Of a stretch of 64,000 nt of DNA, positions 11,879 to 22,353 are shown in pieces (the first letter of the stretch is position 1; each line of letters starts with the position of its first letter). Origin of the DNA: Rhodospirillales bacterium (GTDB lineage: Bacteria; Pseudomonadota; Alphaproteobacteria; Bin95). The notes under the pieces are model-generated. The model searched no databases, was not told the origin of the DNA, and saw only the letters and a list, made by a program, of their open reading frames with translations. Location of the stretch: positions 1,024,001-1,088,000 of the forward strand of contig JAYQLI010000035.1 in NCBI GenBank assembly GCA_038143065.1, read 5' to 3'. Both the position numbers and the translations under genes were made by a program.

Positions 11879-12586
11879 ATGTCTGCCATGAATGCAAAAT
11901 CCAAGTTACAAGGTAAAATCCAATATAAGTTTCAAAACGAGGCATTGCTTGAAAGCGCACTTATCCATCCCAGCACGCCGGGTAGTCGGACGGCTGACTT
12001 AGCGGCAGGTGGTTTTGAACGTCTTGAATTTTTAGGAGACCGAGTTTTGGGCTTAGCCATAGCTGGTCTACTGCTCGACATTTTTCCAAATGCACCTGAA
12101 GGAGAACTCTCTAAACGTCATACGGCACTAGTACGTAAAGAAGCTTTAGTCCGTATTGGCAAGACGATTAATCTTAGTTCGGCCATTCAACTTGCAATAG
12201 GCGATGGAAATGCGTTTGCGCGGCAGAAAGAAACTGCAATAGCCGATGGCGTAGAAGCATTGATTGGTGCAATCTTTCTTGACGGCGGATATGACCCTGC
12301 CAGCAAATTTGTCCGTGAATGTTGGAAGGAGATGCTAGATACCGTTGATCTAGTAACAAAAGATCCCAAAACGACCCTTCAGGAGTGGGCTCAAGCCCAC
12401 AGTTTAGAACTTCCAAAATACAGCATCGTCAATACAGAAGGCTCAGCGCATCAACCCACATTCTTCGTAGAAGTTTATATAGAAGGTTATCCAGCTCTAG
12501 CAGGACGAGGACGATCTAAACGATTGGCAGAGCAGGCAGCGGCAGAAAAAATGTTGGCTTCTATTGGCATATCAACAAACCAATGA
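11879..12586 (+). CDS. rnc: Ribonuclease III
   Basis: ERLEFLGDRVLGL signature and DPKTTLQEW dsRBD. Confidence 0.97.
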   Translation: MSAMNAKSKLQGKIQYKFQNEALLESALIHPSTPGSRTADLAAGGFERLEFLGDRVLGLAIAGLLLDIFPNAPEGELSKRHTALVRKEALVRIGKTINLSSAIQLAIGDGNAFARQKETAIADGVEALIGAIFLDGGYDPASKFVRECWKEMLDTVDLVTKDPKTTLQEWAQAHSLELPKYSIVNTEGSAHQPTFFVEVYIEGYPALAGRGRSKRLAEQAAAEKMLASIGISTNQ

Positions 12587-13506
12587 TTGAAGAATTCGAA
12601 AAACTTCAGAATGAAACTAGAGCAAGCTTAGTTGCATTAGTTGGAGCACCAAACGCTGGCAAATCAACTTTGGTAAACCAACTTGTTGGCGCAAAAGTTT
12701 CAATCGTCTCAGCTAAGGCTCAAACCACACGAACGCGCGTTATGGGCGTGCGAATGCAAGGTGAAACACAGCTAGTTTTTGTCGATACCCCCGGTATTTT
12801 TTCTCCTCGCAGACGCTTAGATCGAGCAATGGTCCATGCTGCCTGGTCAGGTGCCGACGGCGCAGATGCTATTTGTCTAGTCTATGACGCCTCAAGGGAT
12901 AATCCCAAGGGTCTGGAGGGCCTTTTAGAAAAAATCCAAGCACAGAAAACAACACGCATTCTTGTGCTGAATAAAGTTGATCAAATTAAAAGACAGAAAC
13001 TTCTTGGTTTAGCTCAAAGATTAAATGAGATGGCAGATTTTAATCACACATTTATGGTCTCAGCCTTGATGGGTGATGGAGTAGATGATCTTGCCTTAGA
13101 GCTGGCTAAGACCGCTCCTAAAGGTCCTTGGCTTTTCCCTGAAGACCAACTCTCTGATATGCAGGACAGGTTATTTGCTGCGGAAATAACCCGCGAACAA
13201 GCATTTCGCCAGCTTGGGCAAGAAGTCCCTTACGCACTCACTGTGGAGACGGAGGAGTGGAAGGAGTTTCAAAACGGAGAAGTTCGTGTTGAGCAAACTA
13301 TCTATGTGGAACGCGCTAGTCAGCGTGCAATTGTTCTAGGGAAATCAGGGGAACGAATTCGTAGAATTCGTGAAGCAGCACAAGCAGAACTTCAGGAAGC
13401 CACCGACCGCAAGGCACACCTTTTCCTTTTCGTTAAGGTCCGAGCAAATTGGACTGAAGATCCGGAAAGATACGCACCCTGGGCTCTCGATTACAACGCT
13501 GAGTGA
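12583..13506 (+). CDS. era: GTPase Era
   Basis: GAPNAGKSTL, QTTR, DTPG, NKVD and C-terminal KH domain. Confidence 0.97.
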   Translation: MIEEFEKLQNETRASLVALVGAPNAGKSTLVNQLVGAKVSIVSAKAQTTRTRVMGVRMQGETQLVFVDTPGIFSPRRRLDRAMVHAAWSGADGADAICLVYDASRDNPKGLEGLLEKIQAQKTTRILVLNKVDQIKRQKLLGLAQRLNEMADFNHTFMVSALMGDGVDDLALELAKTAPKGPWLFPEDQLSDMQDRLFAAEITREQAFRQLGQEVPYALTVETEEWKEFQNGEVRVEQTIYVERASQRAIVLGKSGERIRRIREAAQAELQEATDRKAHLFLFVKVRANWTEDPERYAPWALDYNAE

Positions 13507-13510
13507 CTAG

Positions 13511-14248
13511 ATGATCGAATGGAGAGATCATGGCGTTATACTTTCGGCCCGCCCTTTTGGCGAAGATGGTCTCTTAGTCAAAGCCATCACGCGAGAGCAT
13601 GGACTGCATGCGGGACTAGTCCGATGGAGCGGCCGCAAACGTCGCGATGGGTTTGTGCTACAACCTGGTGTTGAAGGTGAATTTGTGTGGCGCGCTCGTC
13701 TAGATGACCAGCTAGGAAATTGGACTATAGAACCGCTTCGCGACCATTCCAGTTACTGGCTAGAAGACCGCAGGCGCCTTGCTGCCATCTCCTCAACTGC
13801 CGCAGTCATAGAAGCAGCATTGGCGGAACGGGAAGCTCAACCAGGAGTTGCGGCAGCAACCGAAGCGCTGCTCTCTGCCTTCAACCTTGAGGCATGGCCA
13901 GCACTCTACGTTCGCTGGGAAGTTGGAGTTTTAGCAGAACTGGGATTTGCGTTAGATCTTGAAAAATGTGCTGCAACTGGGGAAACCGAAAATCTAGCTT
14001 ACGTATCGCCACGTACGGGTCGAGCGGTCTCTTACAGTGCGGGAGCACCATACAAGGAGCGATTATTGATTTTGCCAAGATTTCTTGTTGGAGGAATAAG
14101 CATTAATGACGAGGATATCGCCTCGGGCCTCAAATTGACGGCACATTTTTTAGCCCGTGATGTTTTGGGATCGCTTAACCGTGATATCCCAAGGGCTCGA
14201 AGAAGACTGCAAGACCTTTTCACCGAATCTGCTATAGAAAATCAATGA
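13511..14248 (+). CDS. recO: DNA repair protein RecO
   Basis: [25 protein letters not shown]; follows era. Confidence 0.95.
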   Translation: MIEWRDHGVILSARPFGEDGLLVKAITREHGLHAGLVRWSGRKRRDGFVLQPGVEGEFVWRARLDDQLGNWTIEPLRDHSSYWLEDRRRLAAISSTAAVIEAALAEREAQPGVAAATEALLSAFNLEAWPALYVRWEVGVLAELGFALDLEKCAATGETENLAYVSPRTGRAVSYSAGAPYKERLLILPRFLVGGISINDEDIASGLKLTAHFLARDVLGSLNRDIPRARRRLQDLFTESAIENQ

Positions 14249-16499
14249 ACGATTTAATACCTCCCCAAGAAGATGATAAAGGCTCAGTAAGACTAGAGCC
14301 TTTTTCAAGAGCTCTATCCGAGCGATACCTAGCTTATGCACTGTCGACAATCACATCACGTTCTTTGCCTGATGCCCGTGATGGCCTCAAGCCCGTTCAT
14401 CGTCGTCTTGTCTATGCGATGCGCGAATTGGGCTTAAATCCTGCTGCTGCCTTTAAAAAATGCGCCCGTGTTGTTGGGGATGTCATGGGAAAGTATCACC
14501 CCCACGGAGATCAAGCTATATATGATGCAATGGCAAGACTTGCTCAAGATTTTGCCGTTCGATACCCACTTGTTGATGGGCAGGGTAACTTCGGAAATAT
14601 CGATGGCGATAACCCCGCGGCAATGCGATACACCGAGGCACGCCTAACTGCTGTTGCCGAAGCACTTCTATCCGGCATCGAAGAAGATGCTATTGATTTT
14701 CGGGAGACCTATGACGGTGAAGGAAAGGAGCCAATTGTCCTTCCGTCCGCATTTCCAAATCTTTTAGCAAATGGCGCCCAGGGCATTGCCGTTGGCATGG
14801 CCACAAACATCCCACCTCACAATGTTGACGAACTCTGCGAAGCTCTCTTGCTTCTAGTAAAACGTCGCACAACTTCACTTGATGAAATACTGGACCTAGT
14901 ACCAGGGCCTGACTTCCCAACAGGTGGTATTTTGTGTGAGTCACCAGAGGTTGTTCGCGAAGCGTATAGAACTGGGCGCGGTGCGGTGCGCTTACGCGCA
15001 AGATGGGAAAAAGAAGATCTACCACGTGGCCAATGTCAAATAGTGGTCACAGAAATACCCTACCAAGTATCCAAAAGTCGTCTGATAGAGAAAACCGCTC
15101 AATTATTGGAAGAGAAAAAAGTATTTCTTCTTGGAGATATTCAAGATGAGTCTGCGGAAGATGTTCGCATTGTCCTGACGCCAAAAAGCAGATCGGTTGA
15201 TTCAAGACAGATGATGGAGCAGCTTTTAAGCTAACTGAATTTGAAACTCGGATTTCGATAAATCTGAACGCGCTAGATGGAGAAGGTAGCCCTAGGGTCA
15301 TGGACCTCAGGGAACTTTTGGAAATTTTTCTAACACACCGCCGAGAGGTCCTTCTCCGCCGAAGTCAGCATCGTCTTAACGCGATTGCCCGCCGGCTTGA
15401 GATATTAAAGGGGTATATGGTTGTTTACCTCAATTTAGATGAGGTAATCCGAATAGTACGAGAGGAAGACGATCCAAAGTCCAAGTTAATTGAGACGTTT
15501 AATCTTTCAGAACTCCAAGCAGACTCAATCTTAAATATGCGTCTCCGCAGCCTCCGAAAATTGGAGGAGTTGGAAATCAAAAAAGAAATTGCAGACTTAG
15601 AAGAAGAGCAGAGCGGATTACAGGATCTAGTTGGAGATACTGATAAGCAGTGGCGAAAGGTTGGCGCAGAGATCCGTGATATGCGGAAAACATTTGGAAA
15701 GGATACGGCCCTTGGCCGTCGTCGAACGTCTATCCAAGGCCCTCCCGCAGAAATTGATATTCCGCGCGCAGCAGATATTGAAAAAGAACCAATCACTGTA
15801 GTTTGCTCCACCGAAGGCTGGCTTCGTGCAATGAAGGGTCACTTGGAACCAGAAACAGAGCTTAAGTATCGCGAGGGAGATTCAGAACGCTTCCGTTTTT
15901 ATGCGCAGACAACTGACCGCATCCTAGCGCTAGCCTCCGATGGTCGAGTCTTTACGCTTGATGCCTCCAAATTGCCTGGTGGCCGCGGATCTGGAGAACC
16001 AATACGCCTCCAGGCAGATATTGCTGCAGACGCTGAAATAGTGGAGTTGATTCCAGCCCCAAAGGATGGGCGTGTTTTAATGGCATCCTCAGATGGGCGC
16101 GGATTCCTTGCACCCGTAGAATCACTCACAGCTCAAACTCGAGCCGGTCGTATGGTTCTTAATATTACTCCTCCCTCCAATGCGGCCCTGATGCGTATAG
16201 TACCCAAAGACTCAGACAGCATTGCCGTAGTGGGAGAGAATCGTCGTCTTCTCATCTTCCCCTTGGATGAATTACCCGAAATGGGAAGAGGAAAAGGCGT
16301 TATACTTCAACGCTATAAAAATGCCGAAATGTCTGATGCGTTGGCCTTCAAACTTACAAATGGACTAAAATGGCGAACAGGCGATCGCATACGTCATGAG
16401 ACAGACCTAACATCCTGGTGTGGTAAAAGAGCTGCAGCAGGGTCCCCTCCACCCTTTGGATTTCCAAAACCACCCAAATTCGATGCAGGGCTCGATTAA
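14245..16499 (+). CDS. parC: DNA topoisomerase IV subunit A (frameshift in a T run near 15225)
   Basis: [22 protein letters not shown]. The C-terminal pinwheel has no GyrA box. Restoring one T gives [12 protein letters not shown]. Confidence 0.93.
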
Positions 16500-16975
16500 T
16501 GAAACGAATACTTGGTTCCGGATTATGTGCTTGCGGCGATTGCCATTTCGAAGTTCTGAACAGTTCTCTTTTCGTGCATTGCTGCCATTGCACATACTGC
16601 CAGCGTCAGACCGGGTCCGCATTTGCGTTGAATGCCATGGTGGAGTCATCTGCAATAAAATTAATAAAGGGTGATACGGAGAACTTTGAGGTCTCCACAG
16701 CAAGCGGCAAGGGACAAAATATTTGTCGGTGCTCAAGGTGCAAAACCGCTCTTTGGAGCAATTATGGCGCGGCTGATAACGCAATCGCGTTTGTTCGTGT
16801 TGGCACCCTGCAGGACACAGATGTTGAACCTGACGTACATATTTATACTTCTAGTAAAGCCTCGTGGGTTCGCTTGCCTGAAAAGGCGCGCAGTTTTGAA
16901 GAATATTACAATCCACGTGAAGAATGGCCCGAGGATGCTCAGGCTAGATTCAAGGTGTTACAAGCTAAAGGCTGA
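16499..16975 (+). CDS. GFA (CENP-V/glutathione-dependent formaldehyde-activating) family protein
   Basis: GLCACG, HCCHCTYCQR, CSRC, HIYTSSK zinc-ligand pattern. Confidence 0.88.
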   Translation: MKRILGSGLCACGDCHFEVLNSSLFVHCCHCTYCQRQTGSAFALNAMVESSAIKLIKGDTENFEVSTASGKGQNICRCSRCKTALWSNYGAADNAIAFVRVGTLQDTDVEPDVHIYTSSKASWVRLPEKARSFEEYYNPREEWPEDAQARFKVLQAKG

Positions 16976-16990
16976 TAGGACCAATTCGCG

Positions 16991-18478
16991 TCAAATCATT
17001 GATATGGCATAGTAGGCAATAGCAGCAAGAATTGCTGAAGCGGGAACCGTAATCACCCAAGCTACAACAATGGTCATAAAGTGAGCTCGACGCACCAGTC
17101 TCCTGTGCTGAACTACATCTGGAGATGGAGACGCAGTATCTTCGTTATCTGCATCTAAGCCACGGCGTGTAATCATCTGGCGGCGGCGCTTAGAGCGTTT
17201 AGTGAACTGTTCTCGGAAAAATCCAACTCCAAAAACTGCACCAACTGCGATGTGAGTCGAGCTTACAGGCAAGCCTAGCCAGGAAGCTACGATCACCGTT
17301 ATGGCTGCCGAAAGAGCTACACAATACGCTCGCATGGGGTTCATTTTGGTAATTTGCGCACCAACCATACGTATTAACTTCGGCCCATAAATAAACAGGC
17401 CCAGACTAATTCCAAACGCGCCTATTACCATTACCCAAACAGGGACTGTAGCCTTTGCTGAGATGGCACCACTTTCAACCGCACTTAAAATGGCAGCGAG
17501 CGGACCAATGGCGTTGGCAACGTCATTTGCCCCATGAGCAAATGAGAGCAATGCAGCAGAACAGATTAAAGGAATTTGAAAAAGCTTACGTAGAGAACGA
17601 TTTCTATTTTCCATGCCCTCGGATTGACGGCGGATTAACGGATGACTGACTGCCCACACCAAGGCAAAGACGCTAAACCCTATCAGTGCGACTGTTGCGG
17701 CATCTGCTTTCCAGACGCGTTTCAAACCTTTGAGTGTCAAATAGCTAGCAAAACAACCTGCCATTATTGCAATAAGCAGAGGTATCCATCGTCTGGCTGA
17801 TGCAATCTTATCTTCTGTGTAAATAATATTAAGTTTTATAAAAGCGAGAAAAAGCGCGGCAATAACTCCACCTAAAAATGGTGAAATTACCCAACTTGCA
17901 GCTATAGCTCCTAGCGTCTGCCAATTAACCAGGGAAAAGCCAACTGCCGCAACACCTGCACCCATTACTCCCCCAACGACAGAGTGAGTAGTTGAAACAG
18001 GAGCATTCAATACGGTCGCTAGATTAACCCAGACTGCTGCTGCAATTAGAGCTGCCATCATAGCATTAATAAAAGTTTGGCTATCTTTAACCTGGGCTGG
18101 ATCGATAATCCCCTTTGAAATCGTGGAGACAACATCACCACCAGCAATAAGCGCTCCTGCACTCTCGAATACTGCAGCAATTACCAAAGCCATCATTAAT
18201 GTCATGGCACGAGAACCAACGGCGGGCCCAACATTGTTAGCTACATCATTAGCCCCAATATTGAGGGCCATGTAGCCGCCTAAGACTGCCGCAAAAACCA
18301 CCAAAGCCGAATGATGATCAACTCCCGCCACAGCTCCAGCTAATACAGCCGATGCGCCTAGAAAGAGTAACGCAATGCCGTGACCAACGTAGCTGCTCGA
18401 TAATGATCGGGCAGCCGCTTCTACATGCACTATTTTCTCTAGATCTTTATCGAGAGTGGACTTCTTCGAATTCATCAC
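16991..18478 (-). CDS. Inorganic phosphate transporter, PiT family
   Basis: Two PiT signatures (GANDVANN and HGANDVANA) plus PVSTTH and PVSSTH. Confidence 0.95.
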   Translation of the reverse strand: MMNSKKSTLDKDLEKIVHVEAAARSLSSSYVGHGIALLFLGASAVLAGAVAGVDHHSALVVFAAVLGGYMALNIGANDVANNVGPAVGSRAMTLMMALVIAAVFESAGALIAGGDVVSTISKGIIDPAQVKDSQTFINAMMAALIAAAVWVNLATVLNAPVSTTHSVVGGVMGAGVAAVGFSLVNWQTLGAIAASWVISPFLGGVIAALFLAFIKLNIIYTEDKIASARRWIPLLIAIMAGCFASYLTLKGLKRVWKADAATVALIGFSVFALVWAVSHPLIRRQSEGMENRNRSLRKLFQIPLICSAALLSFAHGANDVANAIGPLAAILSAVESGAISAKATVPVWVMVIGAFGISLGLFIYGPKLIRMVGAQITKMNPMRAYCVALSAAITVIVASWLGLPVSSTHIAVGAVFGVGFFREQFTKRSKRRRQMITRRGLDADNEDTASPSPDVVQHRRLVRRAHFMTIVVAWVITVPASAILAAIAYYAISMI

Positions 18479-18489
18479 AGCTCATCTTT

Positions 18490-18978
18490 CTATCTAAGCG
18501 ACTGATAAGAGGCATTTAAAATACGCTCAGGATTTCGGTTAATATATTGGAGTAGACGGCGCAATTCCATTTCATCCACAAGGTTCGCAGCCTGCTCGAG
18601 CGACACCCATTCTAAGTCACGCTCTCTTCGTTCTCGCCAATCCAAACATTGATAGGACACTTTTAAAGGGTACACCTCAACTGTGGACTCAACATCGTAG
18701 CCTTTGGCAGTAGCTTTCTGATATTTAAAACTTCCACACGGCGCCATCGCAATTTGGCCGAAACAACCGGCTTCCTCTAACGCCTCTTGAGCTGCTGAGG
18801 CCGGGAGCGAAAGGTCTTTGATTGGCCATCCTTTTGGAAGGATCCATCGACCTCGACGCCGTGATGTAATTAGGGCAATTAATATGACACCTTCAGCAAC
18901 AACAAATGGCAGCGCACCGACCTGTGAGACTGATTTCCCGAACCAGCCAAACAATGCTTTTTGTACTCGGTGTTTCAA
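18490..18978 (-). CDS. NUDIX hydrolase (DIPP/Ddp1-like subfamily)
   Basis: LITSRRRGRWILPKGW...AAQEALEEAG Nudix box. Confidence 0.88.
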   Translation of the reverse strand: MKHRVQKALFGWFGKSVSQVGALPFVVAEGVILIALITSRRRGRWILPKGWPIKDLSLPASAAQEALEEAGCFGQIAMAPCGSFKYQKATAKGYDVESTVEVYPLKVSYQCLDWRERRERDLEWVSLEQAANLVDEMELRRLLQYINRNPERILNASYQSLR

Positions 18979-19004
18979 AAATGCTAACCCGTTAAGTACT
19001 TGAG

Positions 19005-19913
19005 TTATCCTTTGAGCAGGAGGAGTAAAATTCCTAAAACAATTAAAATAATGCCAAAAATCTCACCTCTCGTGGAGCTCTCCTTGAAAAAAACCACGGA
19101 GGCAATGAAGGTAAAGACTAACTCGATTTGTCCTAGAGCCCGCACATAAGCAACATTCTGAATTGTCATTGCAGTAAACCAGCCGACAGAACCAAGGGCT
19201 CCTGAGGCACCCACAACACTTGCCACCTTCCATGATTTAAGGATTTTAGTGATCTGGCCAGGCTCTCGAATTCGAATATATATCAACATTGCGATGGTTT
19301 GGAGAAAAGTAGCCCATGCCAGCGTATAGCCAGCTTGTATCAAGAAATGTGGTCCTTCAAGGCTCAAGCTACCGCCACGATAGGCGACTGCCGAAATCCC
19401 AAATAGCGCCCCCGAAACTAGCCCAATAGCAGTTGTCTTTTCAAAAAACGCAGTTGCGAGCTTTCCAGCTCCTCCTCCTGTTTTAGCGAGACTAATGGAA
19501 ACCACTCCAACGAGACTAATCATAATTGCGAGAACTGCAGGCCCGGACAGTGCATCCCCTAAGAAAACCATACCAAATATAGCTGCTTGGACAGTCTCTG
19601 TTTTTGAATATGCAGTTCCAACTGCAAAATTCCTTAGCCCAAAGAGATAGACCAGTAATGCGGTTGCACCTATCTGGGTTGCTCCACCCAGTGCCGTCCA
19701 CAAAAAGAACTCTAGGTCTGGAGTAGGGATAGAAAATCCAATACCAAAGTGAAGAAAAGCCACGTAAATTAATGCGACCGGGAACCCAAAGCCAAAGCGG
19801 GCAAACGTGGCCCCAGATGTTGAGAGCTTTCCTTTGAGGTGCTTTTGAAGAGCAGACCTTAGGTTCTGCAAAAATGCAGCTGCGATAGTGACTGGGACCC
19901 AGAGTTCAAACAT
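19005..19913 (-). CDS. DMT/EamA-family transporter
   Basis: About 10 hydrophobic segments; RNFAVGTAYSKTE and YVRALGQIE. Confidence 0.85.
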   Translation of the reverse strand: MFELWVPVTIAAAFLQNLRSALQKHLKGKLSTSGATFARFGFGFPVALIYVAFLHFGIGFSIPTPDLEFFLWTALGGATQIGATALLVYLFGLRNFAVGTAYSKTETVQAAIFGMVFLGDALSGPAVLAIMISLVGVVSISLAKTGGGAGKLATAFFEKTTAIGLVSGALFGISAVAYRGGSLSLEGPHFLIQAGYTLAWATFLQTIAMLIYIRIREPGQITKILKSWKVASVVGASGALGSVGWFTAMTIQNVAYVRALGQIELVFTFIASVVFFKESSTRGEIFGIILIVLGILLLLLKG

Positions 19914-19930
19914 ATTTGTGCCTCAAAAGT

Positions 19931-19964
19931 TTTCTGCGACAAAGCACAGACCCTGTCGCAGAAA
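19931..19964 (-). terminator. Hairpin after the thiolase gene (possible terminator/processing site)
   Basis: TTTCTGCGACA-N12-TGTCGCAGAAA 11-bp inverted repeat, followed by ACTTTT on the minus strand. Confidence 0.5.
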
Positions 19965-19986
19965 CACCAAATGATATGAGTATTGG

Positions 19987-21129
19987 CTAAGGAGCAACGT
20001 TCGAGAAAACGACGGAGCCAGACGCAGCAAACATTCCGCCAACACCATGGCAGAAGCTTATCTCTGCTCCATCAACCTGAGCAGGCGAAACACCTCGCAT
20101 TTGACGGACACTCTCCTGAAGTGCGTACATGCCATACATGCCTGAGTGCATGTAAGAAAGTCCACCACCGTTCGTATTCAAGGGTAGTTTCCCACCTGGA
20201 GCAGTATTCCTCTCCCAGATGAAATCCGCTGCCTCGCCACGATTACAGAACCCAAGATCTTCGAGCCCATAGAGAGGCAAATGTGCAAATGCGTCATAAA
20301 TCATAAGGTGATCAACATCAGAGTGCTTGATCCCAGAAGTACGAAACGCTTCTGCACCTGAGATGCGAAATGCCTGGGACGATGTGAAATCCTTCATTTG
20401 GGAAATCATCGTTGTCTCGGCACCCTCACCTACGCCCATTACATATACGGGCTTTTGTTTCATATCCTTAGCTCTATCAGCACGAGAGAGGATCAAAGCG
20501 CCGCCACCATCAGTCACTAAGCAACACATTAAGAGAGTAAATGGATAGGCGATCATGCGCGCATTCAAGACATCATCGACAGTAATAGGATCACGCATGT
20601 AGGCACGAGGATGCATAGCAGCATATTCACGCTGAACAACGGCAACATTAGCTAATTTTTCAATGGGAATATTATAGGTCTTGAGGTATCGCAAAACCGG
20701 GATTGTGAACATGGTAGGAGGATTCATAACCCCATATGGGAGCTGAAATTGCCCTTCCAACATTCCAGGACCAATCGCTCTAGGCGTCATACCAACTTGG
20801 CTACGACCACTTTCCCCGTGAGTTATTAAGATATTGTTAGCAAGACCTGCTTCGAGGGCAGCGACTGCATGGCGCACATGAACCATAAATGAACAGCCAC
20901 CTACGCTAGTACCGTCCACCCAACGTGGTTCAATACCAAGGTAGTGCGCTATTTCTGTTGGCACTTCGCGTGCTGTTGCTACTCCATCAATATCTGATGG
21001 TTTAAGACCGGCGTCCTCCATAGCGTTGAGAGCAGCATCAGCATGTAACATAATATTCGAAACGTGAGGCAGCTTGCCCATTTCAGTCGTTTCTGCGGCT
21101 CCTACTACCGCAACAGAACCTGGTTTCAT
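19987..21129 (-). CDS. Thiolase-like protein (SCP-x/Ltp type)
   Basis: VGGCS, CCLVTDGG, YDAF, PLNTNGGGLSYMH. ATG at 21129 has a GAAGGA ribosome-binding site. Confidence 0.9.
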   Translation of the reverse strand: MKPGSVAVVGAAETTEMGKLPHVSNIMLHADAALNAMEDAGLKPSDIDGVATAREVPTEIAHYLGIEPRWVDGTSVGGCSFMVHVRHAVAALEAGLANNILITHGESGRSQVGMTPRAIGPGMLEGQFQLPYGVMNPPTMFTIPVLRYLKTYNIPIEKLANVAVVQREYAAMHPRAYMRDPITVDDVLNARMIAYPFTLLMCCLVTDGGGALILSRADRAKDMKQKPVYVMGVGEGAETTMISQMKDFTSSQAFRISGAEAFRTSGIKHSDVDHLMIYDAFAHLPLYGLEDLGFCNRGEAADFIWERNTAPGGKLPLNTNGGGLSYMHSGMYGMYALQESVRQMRGVSPAQVDGAEISFCHGVGGMFAASGSVVFSNVAP

Positions 21130-21140
21130 AATGCTATCCT

Positions 21141-21562
21141 TCAACGCTGGGACGGCCGGAATACCGGCAAAGAGATATCGTCAGTAAGATGCTCAAAAGC
21201 GATCTCTACGGGCATATCGAGTTCTAAGGCTTCGGGGTTTGCTCGCAGTCAATGATATTTGTCATCATTCGCGGCCCTTCCTGAAGCTCAACAACTGCAA
21301 TAGCGAAAGGAGGTTCTAAAATGAAATTTGGGGGTGCCCTATGATTAATAACATAGCTGTACAGTATCCCCTTACCAGATGCCTTAAACGTCTCAACGTT
21401 GCGACTGCCAGTGAAGGGACTGAAAGGACGCGGGGGAAAATACGCTTTCCCAGTATCCTTGCATCGCTGCAGGATAAGCTCACCATTTTTACATCCATCC
21501 CAAAAATGCTGGGTTTCGGGGGTTGGCTTCGGCACTGGACGCCGCGGCTTCTGGTCAGACAA
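21141..21562 (-). CDS. DUF35/ChsH2-type Zn-ribbon + OB-fold protein (frameshift in a C run near 21235)
   Basis: FWDGCKNGELILQRC, FPPRP, VVELQEGPRMMTNI. The restored end reads EALELDMPVEIAFE...PVFRPSQR*. Classical partner of the adjacent thiolase. Confidence 0.88.
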
Positions 21563-21627
21563 ATCAGTAACTCCCTACAATTGACGCTGTTTCAGGGAGC
21601 AGCCTACCACTAAGCTGAATAAAACAA

Positions 21628-21656
21628 AGGCCCACTTTTTGATAAAAAGTGGGCCT
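21628..21656 (-). terminator. Rho-independent terminator of the phasin gene
   Basis: AGGCCCACTTTTT-GAT-AAAAAGTGGGCCT perfect 13-bp stem, followed by TTGTTTT on the minus strand. Confidence 0.8.
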
Positions 21657-21700
21657 AAATCAAAAAAAGTCGGATCTCCTGAATAAAAGAGATCTAAAAC

Positions 21701-22132
21701 TTATTTTGCTACGAAGACTTTCTTGGACTCTTCGATTGAAGCTGTAACGCGGTCATTTAAAAGAGCGATTGCTTCATCAGCGGTTTTTGTTGCCATGTCA
21801 TAGATTTCTTTGCTGTTAGCAAAGAAAGACGAGTAGCTAGATTTCGCAAAATCGGCCTGCTTTACAAGCCTTTCTTCAGGTGAAGCAACAGAAACGTCTG
21901 AAAAAGCCTTCATGCCAGCCTCGGCGGTCTCGCGAGCAACCTCTGTTTGTCGACGCACAAGAGCACTCATTCCCTCGAACGCACGCTGGTTAGCAGCAGC
22001 AGCAGCTTCAACATTCTTTCGCTGTGATGCCATGATGGCATCCATGTCAAAACCTGGAATCTTAAACTGTTCAAAGGCTTTAAACATATCAAAATCAAAA
22101 GCAGATTTTGTACCGGTTGTCTTGGCAGTCAT
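21701..22132 (-). CDS. phaP: Phasin (PHA granule protein)
   Basis: PGFDMDAIMASQRKNVEA...AFEGMSALVRRQTE Ala-rich helical phasin pattern; PhaR-like boxes upstream. Confidence 0.9.
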   Translation of the reverse strand: MTAKTTGTKSAFDFDMFKAFEQFKIPGFDMDAIMASQRKNVEAAAAANQRAFEGMSALVRRQTEVARETAEAGMKAFSDVSVASPEERLVKQADFAKSSYSSFFANSKEIYDMATKTADEAIALLNDRVTASIEESKKVFVAK

Positions 22133-22188
22133 GTGAGGAACTCCTTACCAAAAAAACAGAACTTGAAGATCTGTGTGGAAATTATTTT

Positions 22189-22266
22189 TTGTGCGATGCA
22201 CAATAGATACTGCATATGCGTAATATCGATGATGATGTCAAGGAAATTTTGTGCGCTGCACAAATT
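22189..22266. promoter_or_regulatory. PhaR (AniA)-type operator boxes upstream of phaP
   Basis: Palindromes TTGTGC-GAT-GCACAA (22189-22203) and TTTGTGC-GCT-GCACAAA (22248-22264), plus a weaker CTGCATATGCG between them. They match the TGC-N3-GCA PhaR motif. Confidence 0.8.
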
Positions 22267-22353
22267 AAATTTGTATTGAATGTTTAAATCCAGAAAACCC
22301 TATAGACGTGGAAAACGCTCGAATTAGCGAGGTCGGAATTAAATGATTGAGTT

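Noticed and set aside
7119-15300. Programmed frameshifting or phase variation in spoT, lepB and parC
   Set aside because: The runs are short, the genes are essential, and the same pattern occurs across the whole window; error is more parsimonious.
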